DNA of 9,713 nt, taken from a virus (taxonomy: Duplodnaviria > Heunggongvirae > Uroviricota > Caudoviricetes). Position numbers and translations under genes: made by a program. Below the pieces are notes generated by a model. The model was not told the origin of the DNA. It saw only the letters and a program-made list of their open reading frames with translations, and ran no database searches. This document shows, piece after piece, positions 1-6,607 of the stretch. Position 1 is the first letter of the stretch; each line of letters starts with the position of its first letter. The DNA is taken from positions 1 to 9,713 of IMG/VR virus record IMGVR_UViG_2737471860_000011; one strand, given 5' to 3'.

Positions 1-83
1 AGAAAAGTCAATGGGTTAGGTCATCGTGCAAATTTGCACTATGCCAGCCAACGCAATTTTGCGTTATCGGGAATATCAGCAAG

Positions 84-365
84 TTACCGCCGCAGTCGTT
101 CCGGCTTCTTCCACTGGTAAGTATTTTTCGCGCTCTCCCTCCGTTGTTGAGAACGGCGACGGTATGCCAGCAACTCAAGGACTCTGGTTCGTATGTTGCG
201 CATATCCACGCCGTTAAGCTCAATACCGTCACGGCGCATCACCTCAGCAACAACACGCGCGTAATTTTCGGCTGTCACGCTGTCCGGCTGTGTGGCCTGT
301 TCGTCATGCTGCTGGCTGATTCCGGTAACGCGGCGGATTAATCCCAGTAGTTCGGCTTCTGTCAT
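84..365 (-). CDS. Hypothetical protein (93 aa), function unknown
   Basis: ATG at 365-363 preceded by GGGGG Shine-Dalgarno 4 nt upstream; TAA stop at 86-84. Lies immediately outside the cosQ side of the left cos copy. No family recognised. Confidence 0.45.
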   Translation of the reverse strand: MTEAELLGLIRRVTGISQQHDEQATQPDSVTAENYARVVAEVMRRDGIELNGVDMRNIRTRVLELLAYRRRSQQRRESAKNTYQWKKPERLRR

Positions 366-397
366 TGTGCCCCCATCGCTCTGATAGTCTGGTGTCG

Positions 398-465
398 TCG
401 GGTCCTTCCTGGAATTATGGCCCGTTACGGGGCGGCGACCTCGCGGTTTTTCGCTATTTATGAGC
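398..465 (+). other. Lambda-type cos site, copy L (cosQ-like, cosN 430-441, start of cosB), plus orientation
   Basis: Contains GGGTCCTT...GTTACG followed by GGGCGGCGACCT and CGCGGTTTTTCGCTATTTATGA. This matches the phage lambda genome ends (right end ...GGTTACG, left end GGGCGGCGACCTCGCGGGTTTTCGCTATTTATGA) as recalled from memory. Confidence 0.75.
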
Positions 466-658
466 TTTTTTAGAGGGAGGTTGTTGTTTAATTGTTTGTC
501 ATATCCATTTGATAACTAAGTAAAAATAAAGAGCAATACAACAACCTGATAGTGTTTTTTTGATGCTAAAAATAAAAAAATGCTAATTGAATCAAATAGT
601 TTTAAAAAAATACGTGGTTGTTGTATTGCGTATTTGATGGCGTAACAGAAAGTGATTT

Positions 659-1099
659 TTAACTTTGCTGTTCTGTAACGACTGATTGTTCCATGCTGGC
701 ACGGCGAACGCTTACGGCATGACGCCACCCAGCCAGAAAGCCAGCCATTTTATTTCGTGCCTTGCTCACATCTTCCGGTGAATAGCCGTAAATCTGCAAA
801 CCTTCATCAAATCGATGTTCTGTTTCTTCACTGGAGTACTCGTCACGCTCAGATGAAAGCAGCCTGGCAAACATAATTTTTTCCAGCGCACTGGTTTCTA
901 CGTGATATCTGATGGCCTCAAGACGGCTTTTACCTGAAGACCAAAGCAATGTATGCCCGATGTGATAACCGCCAGACTTTCCGCGATCCGCATTAAGATA
1001 CGGCATCCCCTGTTTGGTCCATGCGCGAATAGTGGTTCTGTTAACCTTGAAATGTTCAGCTATTTCCTGCTGACTTACAAAACAAGCTTTATCAATCAT
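659..1099 (-). CDS. Terminase small subunit Nu1-like protein / candidate PICI Rpp-type packaging-redirection protein (146 aa)
   Basis: N-terminus SQQEIAEHFKVNRTTIRAWTKQGMPYL parallels lambda Nu1 KKQLADIFGASIRTIQNWQEQGMPV (winged HTH). ATG at 1099-1097 with AAGGT Shine-Dalgarno; start lies about 90 bp downstream of cosN copy R in the lambda cos-to-Nu1 arrangement. Confidence 0.8.
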   Translation of the reverse strand: MIDKACFVSQQEIAEHFKVNRTTIRAWTKQGMPYLNADRGKSGGYHIGHTLLWSSGKSRLEAIRYHVETSALEKIMFARLLSSERDEYSSEETEHRFDEGLQIYGYSPEDVSKARNKMAGFLAGWRHAVSVRRASMEQSVVTEQQS

Positions 1100-1165
1100 A
1101 ATGTTACCTTAACTGCATGGTTAAATATTAATCAAGTGGTGGTGGTGTCACCTTCACGGAAAAAC

Positions 1166-1233
1166 GTCATAAATAGCGAAAAACCGCGAGGTCGCCGCCC
1201 CGTAACGGGTCCATATGCCGGAAAGGACCCGCA
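1166..1233 (-). other. Lambda-type cos site, copy R (cosN 1189-1200 on minus strand), canonical position upstream of the Nu1-like gene
   Basis: Reverse complement reads GGGTCCTTTCCGG...CCCGTTACG, GGGCGGCGACCT, CGCGGTTTTTCGCTATTTATGA. About 90% identical to copy L in inverted orientation; cosN 12-mer identical to lambda. Confidence 0.8.
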
Positions 1234-1254
1234 AAAAAGCCGGATTTCTCCGGC
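1233..1254 (-). terminator. Rho-independent terminator ending the capsid-module transcript
   Basis: Minus strand reads GCCGGAGAAATCCGGC (6-bp stem, 4-nt loop) followed by TTTTTT. Located 7 nt after the stop of the 137-aa gene. Confidence 0.6.
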
Positions 1255-1260
1255 CTTGTC

Positions 1261-1674
1261 TCAGATGGTTTTCAGTATGCGATCAATGTCGCCGTCATCG
1301 CCCGGGTTTCTGCCATCGTATGCCATGCCAGCTGATACGGCTTGTGGGCTGTGCATGTCCATAAAGTTTTCAAAGGCTGCGGTAAGCTCTGGTGCAACCT
1401 TCTGGCGTTCCTGCTCTATGGTCATGTTCAGGATGTTTTTAGCCGTATCAACATCAATACAAGGCACGTTTGCCATTGCACGTAACAGCGGCTGATAGTC
1501 GTCAGATTCATGAAGCGACATAATCGCATCAGCGCGCGGCTTGTCCTGTTCTTCCAGTTTGTTAAGTTGATATATAGCTTCGTAGGTTGATAGACATCTG
1601 TCAGCCATTGCCCGCGCTTCAGCTTTAAATTTACTCGCCAGCGGTAGCGCCATGATACTTTCATTCGTTGCCAT
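1261..1674 (-). CDS. Hypothetical protein (137 aa) in capsid module; possible assembly or scaffold-like factor
   Basis: ATG at 1674-1672 with GGTGGA Shine-Dalgarno, 13 nt after the gpD-like stop. The track ORF 1261..1785 extends upstream across the gpD-like gene and is probably an over-extension. Acidic, helical-looking sequence; no family recognised. Confidence 0.55.
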   Translation of the reverse strand: MATNESIMALPLASKFKAEARAMADRCLSTYEAIYQLNKLEEQDKPRADAIMSLHESDDYQPLLRAMANVPCIDVDTAKNILNMTIEQERQKVAPELTAAFENFMDMHSPQAVSAGMAYDGRNPGDDGDIDRILKTI

Positions 1675-1687
1675 CGTTCCACCCTGC

Positions 1688-2023
1688 TTATCGCGCCAGC
1701 GGCTGAACAGATACACCAGAACCCGCAAAGGCGGCGCATTTTTTCGCGTCAGTGTCGGCGCTCTCAGGCCAGTTAACGGCGGCAATATTGAATATCCCCG
1801 TCTTGTAACACTGTGCTGACTTCTGCTTTGACGTGTCCACGGGGTACGAAGTCAGATAAACAGCCTTGCCAGATTCCTGACCATCCCACGGCTTAAACTC
1901 GCCATTGTCCGCCAGCATCAGCGGGGTAAATTCCTGAATAACGCCAGCATCAGCGGCAAAATGTACCAGTGTCGTGGATACCTGCTGACTGCCTGCAAAT
2001 AACTCAATGTATGGAGTGTCCAT
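1688..2023 (-). CDS. Head decoration protein, lambda gpD-like (111 aa)
   Basis: TPLMLADNGEFKPWDG and YKTGIFNIAAVNWPESADTDAKKCAAFAGSGVSV parallel lambda gpD TPLMLDTSSRKLVAWDG and [35 protein letters not shown]. ATG at 2023 with GGGGGA Shine-Dalgarno, 11 nt after capsid stop. Confidence 0.85.
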   Translation of the reverse strand: MDTPYIELFAGSQQVSTTLVHFAADAGVIQEFTPLMLADNGEFKPWDGQESGKAVYLTSYPVDTSKQKSAQCYKTGIFNIAAVNWPESADTDAKKCAAFAGSGVSVQPLAR

Positions 2024-2034
2024 AGAATCCCCCG

Positions 2035-3090
2035 TTAACCAATTTTGACGGTAACAAATTTGCGAATATCTGCCGGAACCGGCTGCGGTGCGCTGTGTGT
2101 CTGCACGTACTCAATCGCCGGATCGCCGTCCTCAATCCAGTTTTTCGGGTAGTACATGTTTTGCGTTGCGCCCGTTCTTACAGCTTCCTGATCCATAATC
2201 GCACCATAGGCCACCAGACCTTTGTTGTTGGTGTTGCCCAGGACCAGTAAATCAGGCTCAAGGAAATATTTTTCGGTGCCGTCGCTGTCAGTGTATTTGC
2301 CGGAATAGACGATAAGGGCAATATCGCCCAGATAGCCTTTAAAGCTCACCACTTCGCCCAGGTTTTTACAGGCCAGTTCTGCGGCGGATTCTGAACCACG
2401 GGAAAGATCGTACAGTTCGCGGAATTTTTTAAAGCTGCGTAACGTTCGCCATACCTCAGCGCCCATAATCATGACGTTGGCGGGGCAACCTGCTTGATCT
2501 GCGTATAGTTCGATATCATAGATTGGATCATGGGTTTCTTTGTCCTGCTCTGACCATTTACGGCCTTTGGCCTGCTCTATGATGTTTTTTTCCGGTATCT
2601 TCCAGTCGATTTCATAGCGTTCTATGCCTTCGCCCTCAATGATGTTTTTTCCGGTCGTTACCGCATTCACCGCCAGCCATTCCACGCGTGCCTTAATGGC
2701 GTTTATCTGGCGGCGCATGTTGCCAGTAATCAGGCGCATACGTCGGTAGGTAGGATCGTTAAGCTGTGCCGGATCTTCTCCAGCCATGCGCATGATGGTT
2801 TTTGTTGGATCGATTTCGTGCTTTGGCTTCATGTAGCCAGGTTTAATCGTGCTGGTTTCGTACCCTTTATCGCGCTGTACCTGGCTACCCACCATAGGCG
2901 AACAAAACGCAGACATGGTAACTTCTTCGGTATCCAGGTTATCCAGCATGATGTTTTGCGTGTTGAATGTCGCTACTTTCGGGAAAAACAGCGACGTAAA
3001 CAGTGGACTGAATTTAAATTCCGAAATATCCCCGCGATTCAGGTATCTGAAAAGCTGGTTAGTGTTAAGTGCCGTTGCTTTGCCTGTCAT
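2035..3090 (-). CDS. Major capsid protein, lambda gpE family (351 aa)
   Basis: KFSPLFTSLFFP, KPGYMKPKHEIDP, DPTYRRMRLITGNMRRQ and C-terminal YPKNWIEDGDPA match lambda gpE (KFDPLFLRLFFR, TPGYVKPKHEVNP, DPAYRRRRIIMQNMRDE, YPKNWVTTGDPA). Strong GGAGGTG Shine-Dalgarno 4 nt before ATG at 3090. Confidence 0.9.
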   Translation of the reverse strand: MTGKATALNTNQLFRYLNRGDISEFKFSPLFTSLFFPKVATFNTQNIMLDNLDTEEVTMSAFCSPMVGSQVQRDKGYETSTIKPGYMKPKHEIDPTKTIMRMAGEDPAQLNDPTYRRMRLITGNMRRQINAIKARVEWLAVNAVTTGKNIIEGEGIERYEIDWKIPEKNIIEQAKGRKWSEQDKETHDPIYDIELYADQAGCPANVMIMGAEVWRTLRSFKKFRELYDLSRGSESAAELACKNLGEVVSFKGYLGDIALIVYSGKYTDSDGTEKYFLEPDLLVLGNTNNKGLVAYGAIMDQEAVRTGATQNMYYPKNWIEDGDPAIEYVQTHSAPQPVPADIRKFVTVKIG

Positions 3091-3296
3091 TATTCACCTC
3101 CATGAGTCTGATTCATGCCCAGCGCCGCACGTAAATAGGCGCGTACCTGCCAGCCTGTTGACGGCTCAACCATCGCCAGCGGCTCAAGTCCTGCCGCAAT
3201 GCCTGCTTTTACGTTCTGCTGGTGGCGTTCCTTGAGCGCCTCCACGATGTCTGGGCTTATGTAAACTGTCACCCCGCCTTTTTTCTCTTCTGCCAT
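3090..3296 (-). CDS. Hypothetical small protein (68 aa) translationally coupled to the major capsid gene
   Basis: ATG at 3296 with AGAGGA Shine-Dalgarno about 10 nt upstream; its TAA stop overlaps the capsid ATG (TAATG). The track ORF begins at a GTG (3329) inside the promoter palindrome, which is less likely. Function unknown. Confidence 0.45.
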   Translation of the reverse strand: MAEEKKGGVTVYISPDIVEALKERHQQNVKAGIAAGLEPLAMVEPSTGWQVRAYLRAALGMNQTHGGE

Positions 3297-3324
3297 AGTC
3301 GGAAATTCCTCTTTGACGTTAAAA

Positions 3325-3380
3325 ATCACAACTGGATGTTCATCCAGTTGTGATTATAATCATGATTTCATTTTACGCAA
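3325..3380 (-). promoter_or_regulatory. Candidate sigma70 promoter of the capsid module overlapped by a 30-bp perfect palindrome operator
   Basis: Minus strand: -35 TTGCGT (3380-3375), 16-bp spacer, -10 TATAAT (3358-3353). Palindrome ATCACAACTGGATG-tt-CATCCAGTTGTGAT (3325-3354) abuts the -10 and covers the predicted start site; its core is CTG-N10-CAG. Confidence 0.5.
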
Positions 3381-3465
3381 TAATGTTTGGTTGTGTTGCA
3401 AATTGTGAAATGATTTGCGGCAACAGTAGTCACCATACTGTTAGATAAAAGCCTCATATGCAAAA

Positions 3466-3502
3466 GCCCGATAAGACCCTCTGACCTTATCGGGCTTTTT
3501 TT
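3466..3502 (+). terminator. Strong rho-independent terminator (bidirectional potential) between SSB and capsid modules
   Basis: GCCCGATAAG / CTTATCGGGC 10-bp stem with 10-nt loop followed by TTTTTTT on the plus strand; preceded by AAAA, giving a 4-U tail on the minus strand. Confidence 0.65.
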
Positions 3503-3509
3503 GGGGCAT

Positions 3510-3531
3510 AAAAAAGCCGAACTTCTCCGGC
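3510..3531 (-). terminator. Rho-independent terminator after the SSB gene
   Basis: Minus strand GCCGGAGAAGTTCGGC (imperfect stem) followed by TTTTTT. About 20 of 22 nt identical to the terminator at 1233-1254. Confidence 0.5.
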
Positions 3532-3547
3532 TTCTGTTACTCATTGC

Positions 3548-3970
3548 TTAAAACGGTATGTTATCCCCGTACGGATCATCGTTACCCGCCTGTTGTTTTG
3601 CCCTGTTCAGTGCGTCAGTAGCCTGGCCCTGTTGACCTTTTTTGCCGCCCAGTCGCGCCGTTCGCGCACTGATTACACTGTCTGCGATAACCTGCCAGCC
3701 CTGCCGCGTTTCTCCGTTCTGCCCAGTCCACTGGCTGATCTGCATGTTACCCGCCACGCTCAGGAGTTCACCCTTGCGGTGCCTTTCCAGTGCTTCGGCC
3801 TGTCTGCCAAATGCCAGGACGGATAACCACATCGTCGCCGTTCCGTCATCTGCCTGGCTGCACGGAAGGGGGACCGCCATACGCGCCAGCGTCATCGGTG
3901 TGCCCTTGCTGGTGGTCTTTAACTGCTGGTCAGCCACCAGCCGCCCGTAAGCCGCTATCTGTGCTGTCAT
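3548..3970 (-). CDS. ssb: Single-stranded DNA-binding protein (SSB) homolog (140 aa)
   Basis: OB-fold signature WLSVLAFGRQAEALERHRKGE...QWTGQNGETRQGWQV parallels E. coli SSB [21 protein letters not shown]...KWTDQSGQDRYTTEV. Gly/Gln-rich linker and C-terminal tail ending DNIPF (E. coli SSB ends DDDIPF). ATG at 3970. Confidence 0.8.
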   Translation of the reverse strand: MTAQIAAYGRLVADQQLKTTSKGTPMTLARMAVPLPCSQADDGTATMWLSVLAFGRQAEALERHRKGELLSVAGNMQISQWTGQNGETRQGWQVIADSVISARTARLGGKKGQQGQATDALNRAKQQAGNDDPYGDNIPF

Positions 3971-4033
3971 GCTGTCTGTTCTCCGGTTTTAACGTTGATA
4001 GTTACGCTTGTTTACACCCTTACGGTGAAATTC

Positions 4034-4158
4034 TGCGGGTTATAATCGCACTTTTGCGGGTTATAACTGCCATTTTGCGGGTTACGTGCGGGTTATTGAT
4101 TTCCTTTTTATTCATACAGTTAATTCACTTATACACAGGATAACCCGCATAACCCGCA
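4034..4158. repeat. Iteron array, putative replication origin
   Basis: Direct repeats of TGCGGGTTAT/C at 4034-4043, 4055-4064, 4076-4085 (21-bp phasing) and 4087-4096; AT-rich spacer 4097-4139; two inverted copies ATAACCCGCA at 4140-4149 and 4149-4158. Immediately 3' of the primase-helicase gene. Confidence 0.7.
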
Positions 4159-4181
4159 ACTTTTCACCTCACACAGGGTAG

Positions 4182-6305
4182 TTAATCTTCTGCCTCAGGC
4201 TGGAACATCATCACGTAAAAAACATGCTGCTTACCCCCAATTTTGCCGAGCGCCTTTTTCTTGTAACGGCGATCGTTACCCGCTTCCAGCATTCCGGCAG
4301 CACTCAACGCGCGGGCAAAGTGAGACGGATTAAATCCCTGTGCTATCTCACCCTCAAACACATGAGGAAACGTGTAAAAACGGAACTCATCATCTTCATT
4401 TCTGATACTCCCCTTTCTGTATCCGGCAAGGTCTTTAATCGGTAAATCACGCTCATCACTGTTTGGGTAAGGAAGGTATCGACTGAACCCGAACGACGAC
4501 AAAAACGCCTCAGCCTGTTCAACCATCTGTTTAAATTCCCTGTTACCCGTGCCGAACTCCTTCACCCAGGCATTAAAGTTATGCTGTATTGCGTCCCGGC
4601 ATTCCTGCGCGGCCCAGCCAGTTACATGACCGGAAAGCACAAGCGCAGCCTCCAGTATGGCGAAACGCTCCCCCACGCGGTGGACCTGCTCGCCGTAGCT
4701 ATCCGGTATCAGGTTGCGCCACCGTTCGCGGCATTCCCTTACCGTATCCTTTGCCTCCTGCTGGTGGTCTGCCAGCCATTTAACCCATTCACGACCCGCC
4801 GCCCCGTGATTTTCTGTCCAGGCATCTTTTAACGCGTCTGCGTGCGCCTTTCCGGTGCTGTATTCGTGAAATTGCGTGGCTTTTTCCATCGGAACGTTAA
4901 GCAGGCGGACAAGCTGCCCCGCTTTGACTTTTATCCCCTCCGTTTTGAGGAATGTCTCAACGTCCATTTCTCCGGTGCTGATTGCCACCGTGCGCCAGTG
5001 TTTTATCTCCCGGTTGCCGCCGTCCTTCGCCCCCTGTAATTTCCCGGAGCCGTTAAACAACGTATAGGCTGACGTGGACACCTCCCGCGCGTTTCCGGCC
5101 TGACCTATTTCATCCAGGGGTAACAGCCCGTCGTTGTGTGCCTCTGCCTCGTTGGCGATACCTAACGCCGTTCCGTACCAAGTAAGCCGTTGTGCGTCCG
5201 GCTCTCCCCATAAACTTGATGCGATGTTCTGCGTGGTGGTTTTCCCTGCCGATGACTGTTCGAAAAGATGTACCCCGAAGCCGTCAGCACCAACAAGGCC
5301 AATCAAAGGTGCTGCCAGTGACGTGGCAACACCCAGCATCATGGACGGATTGCCACCAGCCAGCCGCGCCACGCTGTCACGCCAGCCCTCCGCCGTACCC
5401 GCAACCGAATAGCCATTAACAGCGGCACTTTTTCCGGTAAACAGGATCGGTTTTTCAGAATCACCAATGATTGAACCGTCCGGCATGATGTACGCGCCAA
5501 AATGCCAGCCCGTTGTTGTGCTTAACTGCCATTCCTCATGGCTTCCGCTTAACTGCATCCAGTCAGCCAGGATAGCCCTGTATTTGCCGTTTGTTGTCAC
5601 ATTCAGCCCGTGATCTTTAAGCAACCGCCAGCCGTCACGGTCGCCAATGCCACCACACGGGATCGCCATTGTGATGACTTCATGGTTTGCTAATTTTTTC
5701 CAGCGCATCACGCGGTAATGCTCTTTACCGATCGTCCCCGTTCCCAGTAGTTCAAGCGGAGAACATAACCACGTCTCAGGCCGGATAATTTCGCCTGACT
5801 GCTTATCCACTTTGGGCGTTACCCAGAAAACACCATCGACGCGACTTTCAACGCGGGGCTTTAATTCATCATCCTGATAGCATGGCTCTTTTTTCTTTAC
5901 AGGCAGTTCAACTACCTTTTTCTTTTCCGCCAGCTCTCCCCGCTCACGCTCCAGATATTCGCGCCAGTTCTCCCGTTTCTGGCTGTGCATTCCTTCAGGG
6001 TAATAATCAGCATCCCTGACACCTGCCGCTGCCAGTTTCTGCCCGATGGTATTAACAAGCCCCGGACGCAATAACCCCGCCTGATAGAGACGCACGCGAT
6101 AGCGTCCGTCCGGTACGATTTGCAGGTTGTCCAGTTCGACAAGTTGTTGCTCTCCAAGCCAGACAGGTGGCACGTTATCGCCAGCCAGTCGCCCGTCCTG
6201 TTCCTGCCACTGTTTCGCATGTGCCCACGCATCACTACCCGCAAAAATGATGACTTCCGTCATTTTGTCACGCGGCTGGTGTTTTAAATTTGGCGCTTTT
6301 TTCAT
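4182..6305 (-). CDS. Replication initiator, fused primase-helicase (P4 alpha-like / DUF927-type, Pri-Rep), about 707 aa
   Basis: Large ORF with a P-loop-like motif (FEQSSAGKTT); position downstream of AlpA and directly upstream of the iteron array. Preferred start is the ATG at 6305 with GGAGAG Shine-Dalgarno, rather than the upstream GTG at 6320. ATG overlaps the stop of the preceding ORF (ATGA). Family assignment is from overall resemblance and context, not a domain search. Confidence 0.8.
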   Translation of the reverse strand: MKKAPNLKHQPRDKMTEVIIFAGSDAWAHAKQWQEQDGRLAGDNVPPVWLGEQQLVELDNLQIVPDGRYRVRLYQAGLLRPGLVNTIGQKLAAAGVRDADYYPEGMHSQKRENWREYLERERGELAEKKKVVELPVKKKEPCYQDDELKPRVESRVDGVFWVTPKVDKQSGEIIRPETWLCSPLELLGTGTIGKEHYRVMRWKKLANHEVITMAIPCGGIGDRDGWRLLKDHGLNVTTNGKYRAILADWMQLSGSHEEWQLSTTTGWHFGAYIMPDGSIIGDSEKPILFTGKSAAVNGYSVAGTAEGWRDSVARLAGGNPSMMLGVATSLAAPLIGLVGADGFGVHLFEQSSAGKTTTQNIASSLWGEPDAQRLTWYGTALGIANEAEAHNDGLLPLDEIGQAGNAREVSTSAYTLFNGSGKLQGAKDGGNREIKHWRTVAISTGEMDVETFLKTEGIKVKAGQLVRLLNVPMEKATQFHEYSTGKAHADALKDAWTENHGAAGREWVKWLADHQQEAKDTVRECRERWRNLIPDSYGEQVHRVGERFAILEAALVLSGHVTGWAAQECRDAIQHNFNAWVKEFGTGNREFKQMVEQAEAFLSSFGFSRYLPYPNSDERDLPIKDLAGYRKGSIRNEDDEFRFYTFPHVFEGEIAQGFNPSHFARALSAAGMLEAGNDRRYKKKALGKIGGKQHVFYVMMFQPEAED

Positions 6306-6601
6306 TTCTGCTCTCTCCACGCGGCAATCATGTTTTTCAGTTCCTGTAGTTTTTTATCCACATCCACACGTGACACATGGTTATTTCTGGAAGTCGGGAT
6401 TTCCCGCCGGAATCTACAAATAAAGATCTCCACGTTCAGCGAACTAAGAAATGAATAGCCATCACGGATAAAATACACACGGTCAAACATCAGTTCTTTT
6501 ACCGTTACTCTGTTACCGTTCTTATCCAGATAAATAGCGCCGGGGATAATTTTGGGGTGTGCATAACCGCTGGCAGTCAAGCCAGATAAATACGTTCTCA
6601 T
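6302..6601 (-). CDS. Hypothetical protein (99 aa), translationally coupled to primase-helicase
   Basis: ATG at 6601 with GGGGA Shine-Dalgarno; TGA stop overlaps the primase ATG. About 38% GC in a sampled 100-bp stretch, lower than the primase gene. No family recognised. Confidence 0.55.
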   Translation of the reverse strand: MRTYLSGLTASGYAHPKIIPGAIYLDKNGNRVTVKELMFDRVYFIRDGYSFLSSLNVEIFICRFRREIPTSRNNHVSRVDVDKKLQELKNMIAAWREQK

Positions 6602-6607
6602 GATTAC

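Noticed and set aside
8-341. ORFs 8..232 (-), 26..217 (+), 144..341 (+) at the left edge
   Set aside because: All overlap the better-supported 84..365 minus-strand gene in other frames or strands and lack ribosome-binding sites.
516-728. 70-aa minus-strand ORF in the AT-rich spacer
   Set aside because: Lies in a ~28% GC non-coding-looking region, overlaps the 3' end of the Nu1-like gene, and has a low-complexity hydrophobic translation.
953-1785. Plus-strand 180-aa ORF (953..1495) and minus-strand 103-aa ORF (1428..1739)
   Set aside because: The first spans the cos site and intergenic terminator and overlaps two better-supported minus-strand genes. The second is an alternative frame inside the 137-aa and gpD-like gene region.
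2818-3235. Plus-strand ORFs 2818..3105 and 2849..3235 over the capsid gene start
   Set aside because: Antisense to the gpE-like gene, which has strong homology and a strong ribosome-binding site; no independent support.
3593-4143. Plus-strand ORFs 3593..3826, 3642..3950 and 3790..4143
   Set aside because: Antisense to the SSB gene or running across the iteron array; Cys/Pro-rich translations without recognisable features.
4034-4158. Possible CRISPR array from short direct repeats
   Set aside because: Repeats are only 10 bp, irregularly spaced (21, 21 and 11 bp) with inverted copies, which is iteron-like and not the 28-37 bp repeats with unique spacers of CRISPR.
4224-6423. Multiple plus-strand ORFs (63-117 aa) overlapping the primase-helicase gene
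   Set aside because: They are antisense to a long, clearly coding minus-strand gene; Pro/Arg/Ala-rich translations typical of the wrong frame of a GC-rich gene; no ribosome-binding sites.
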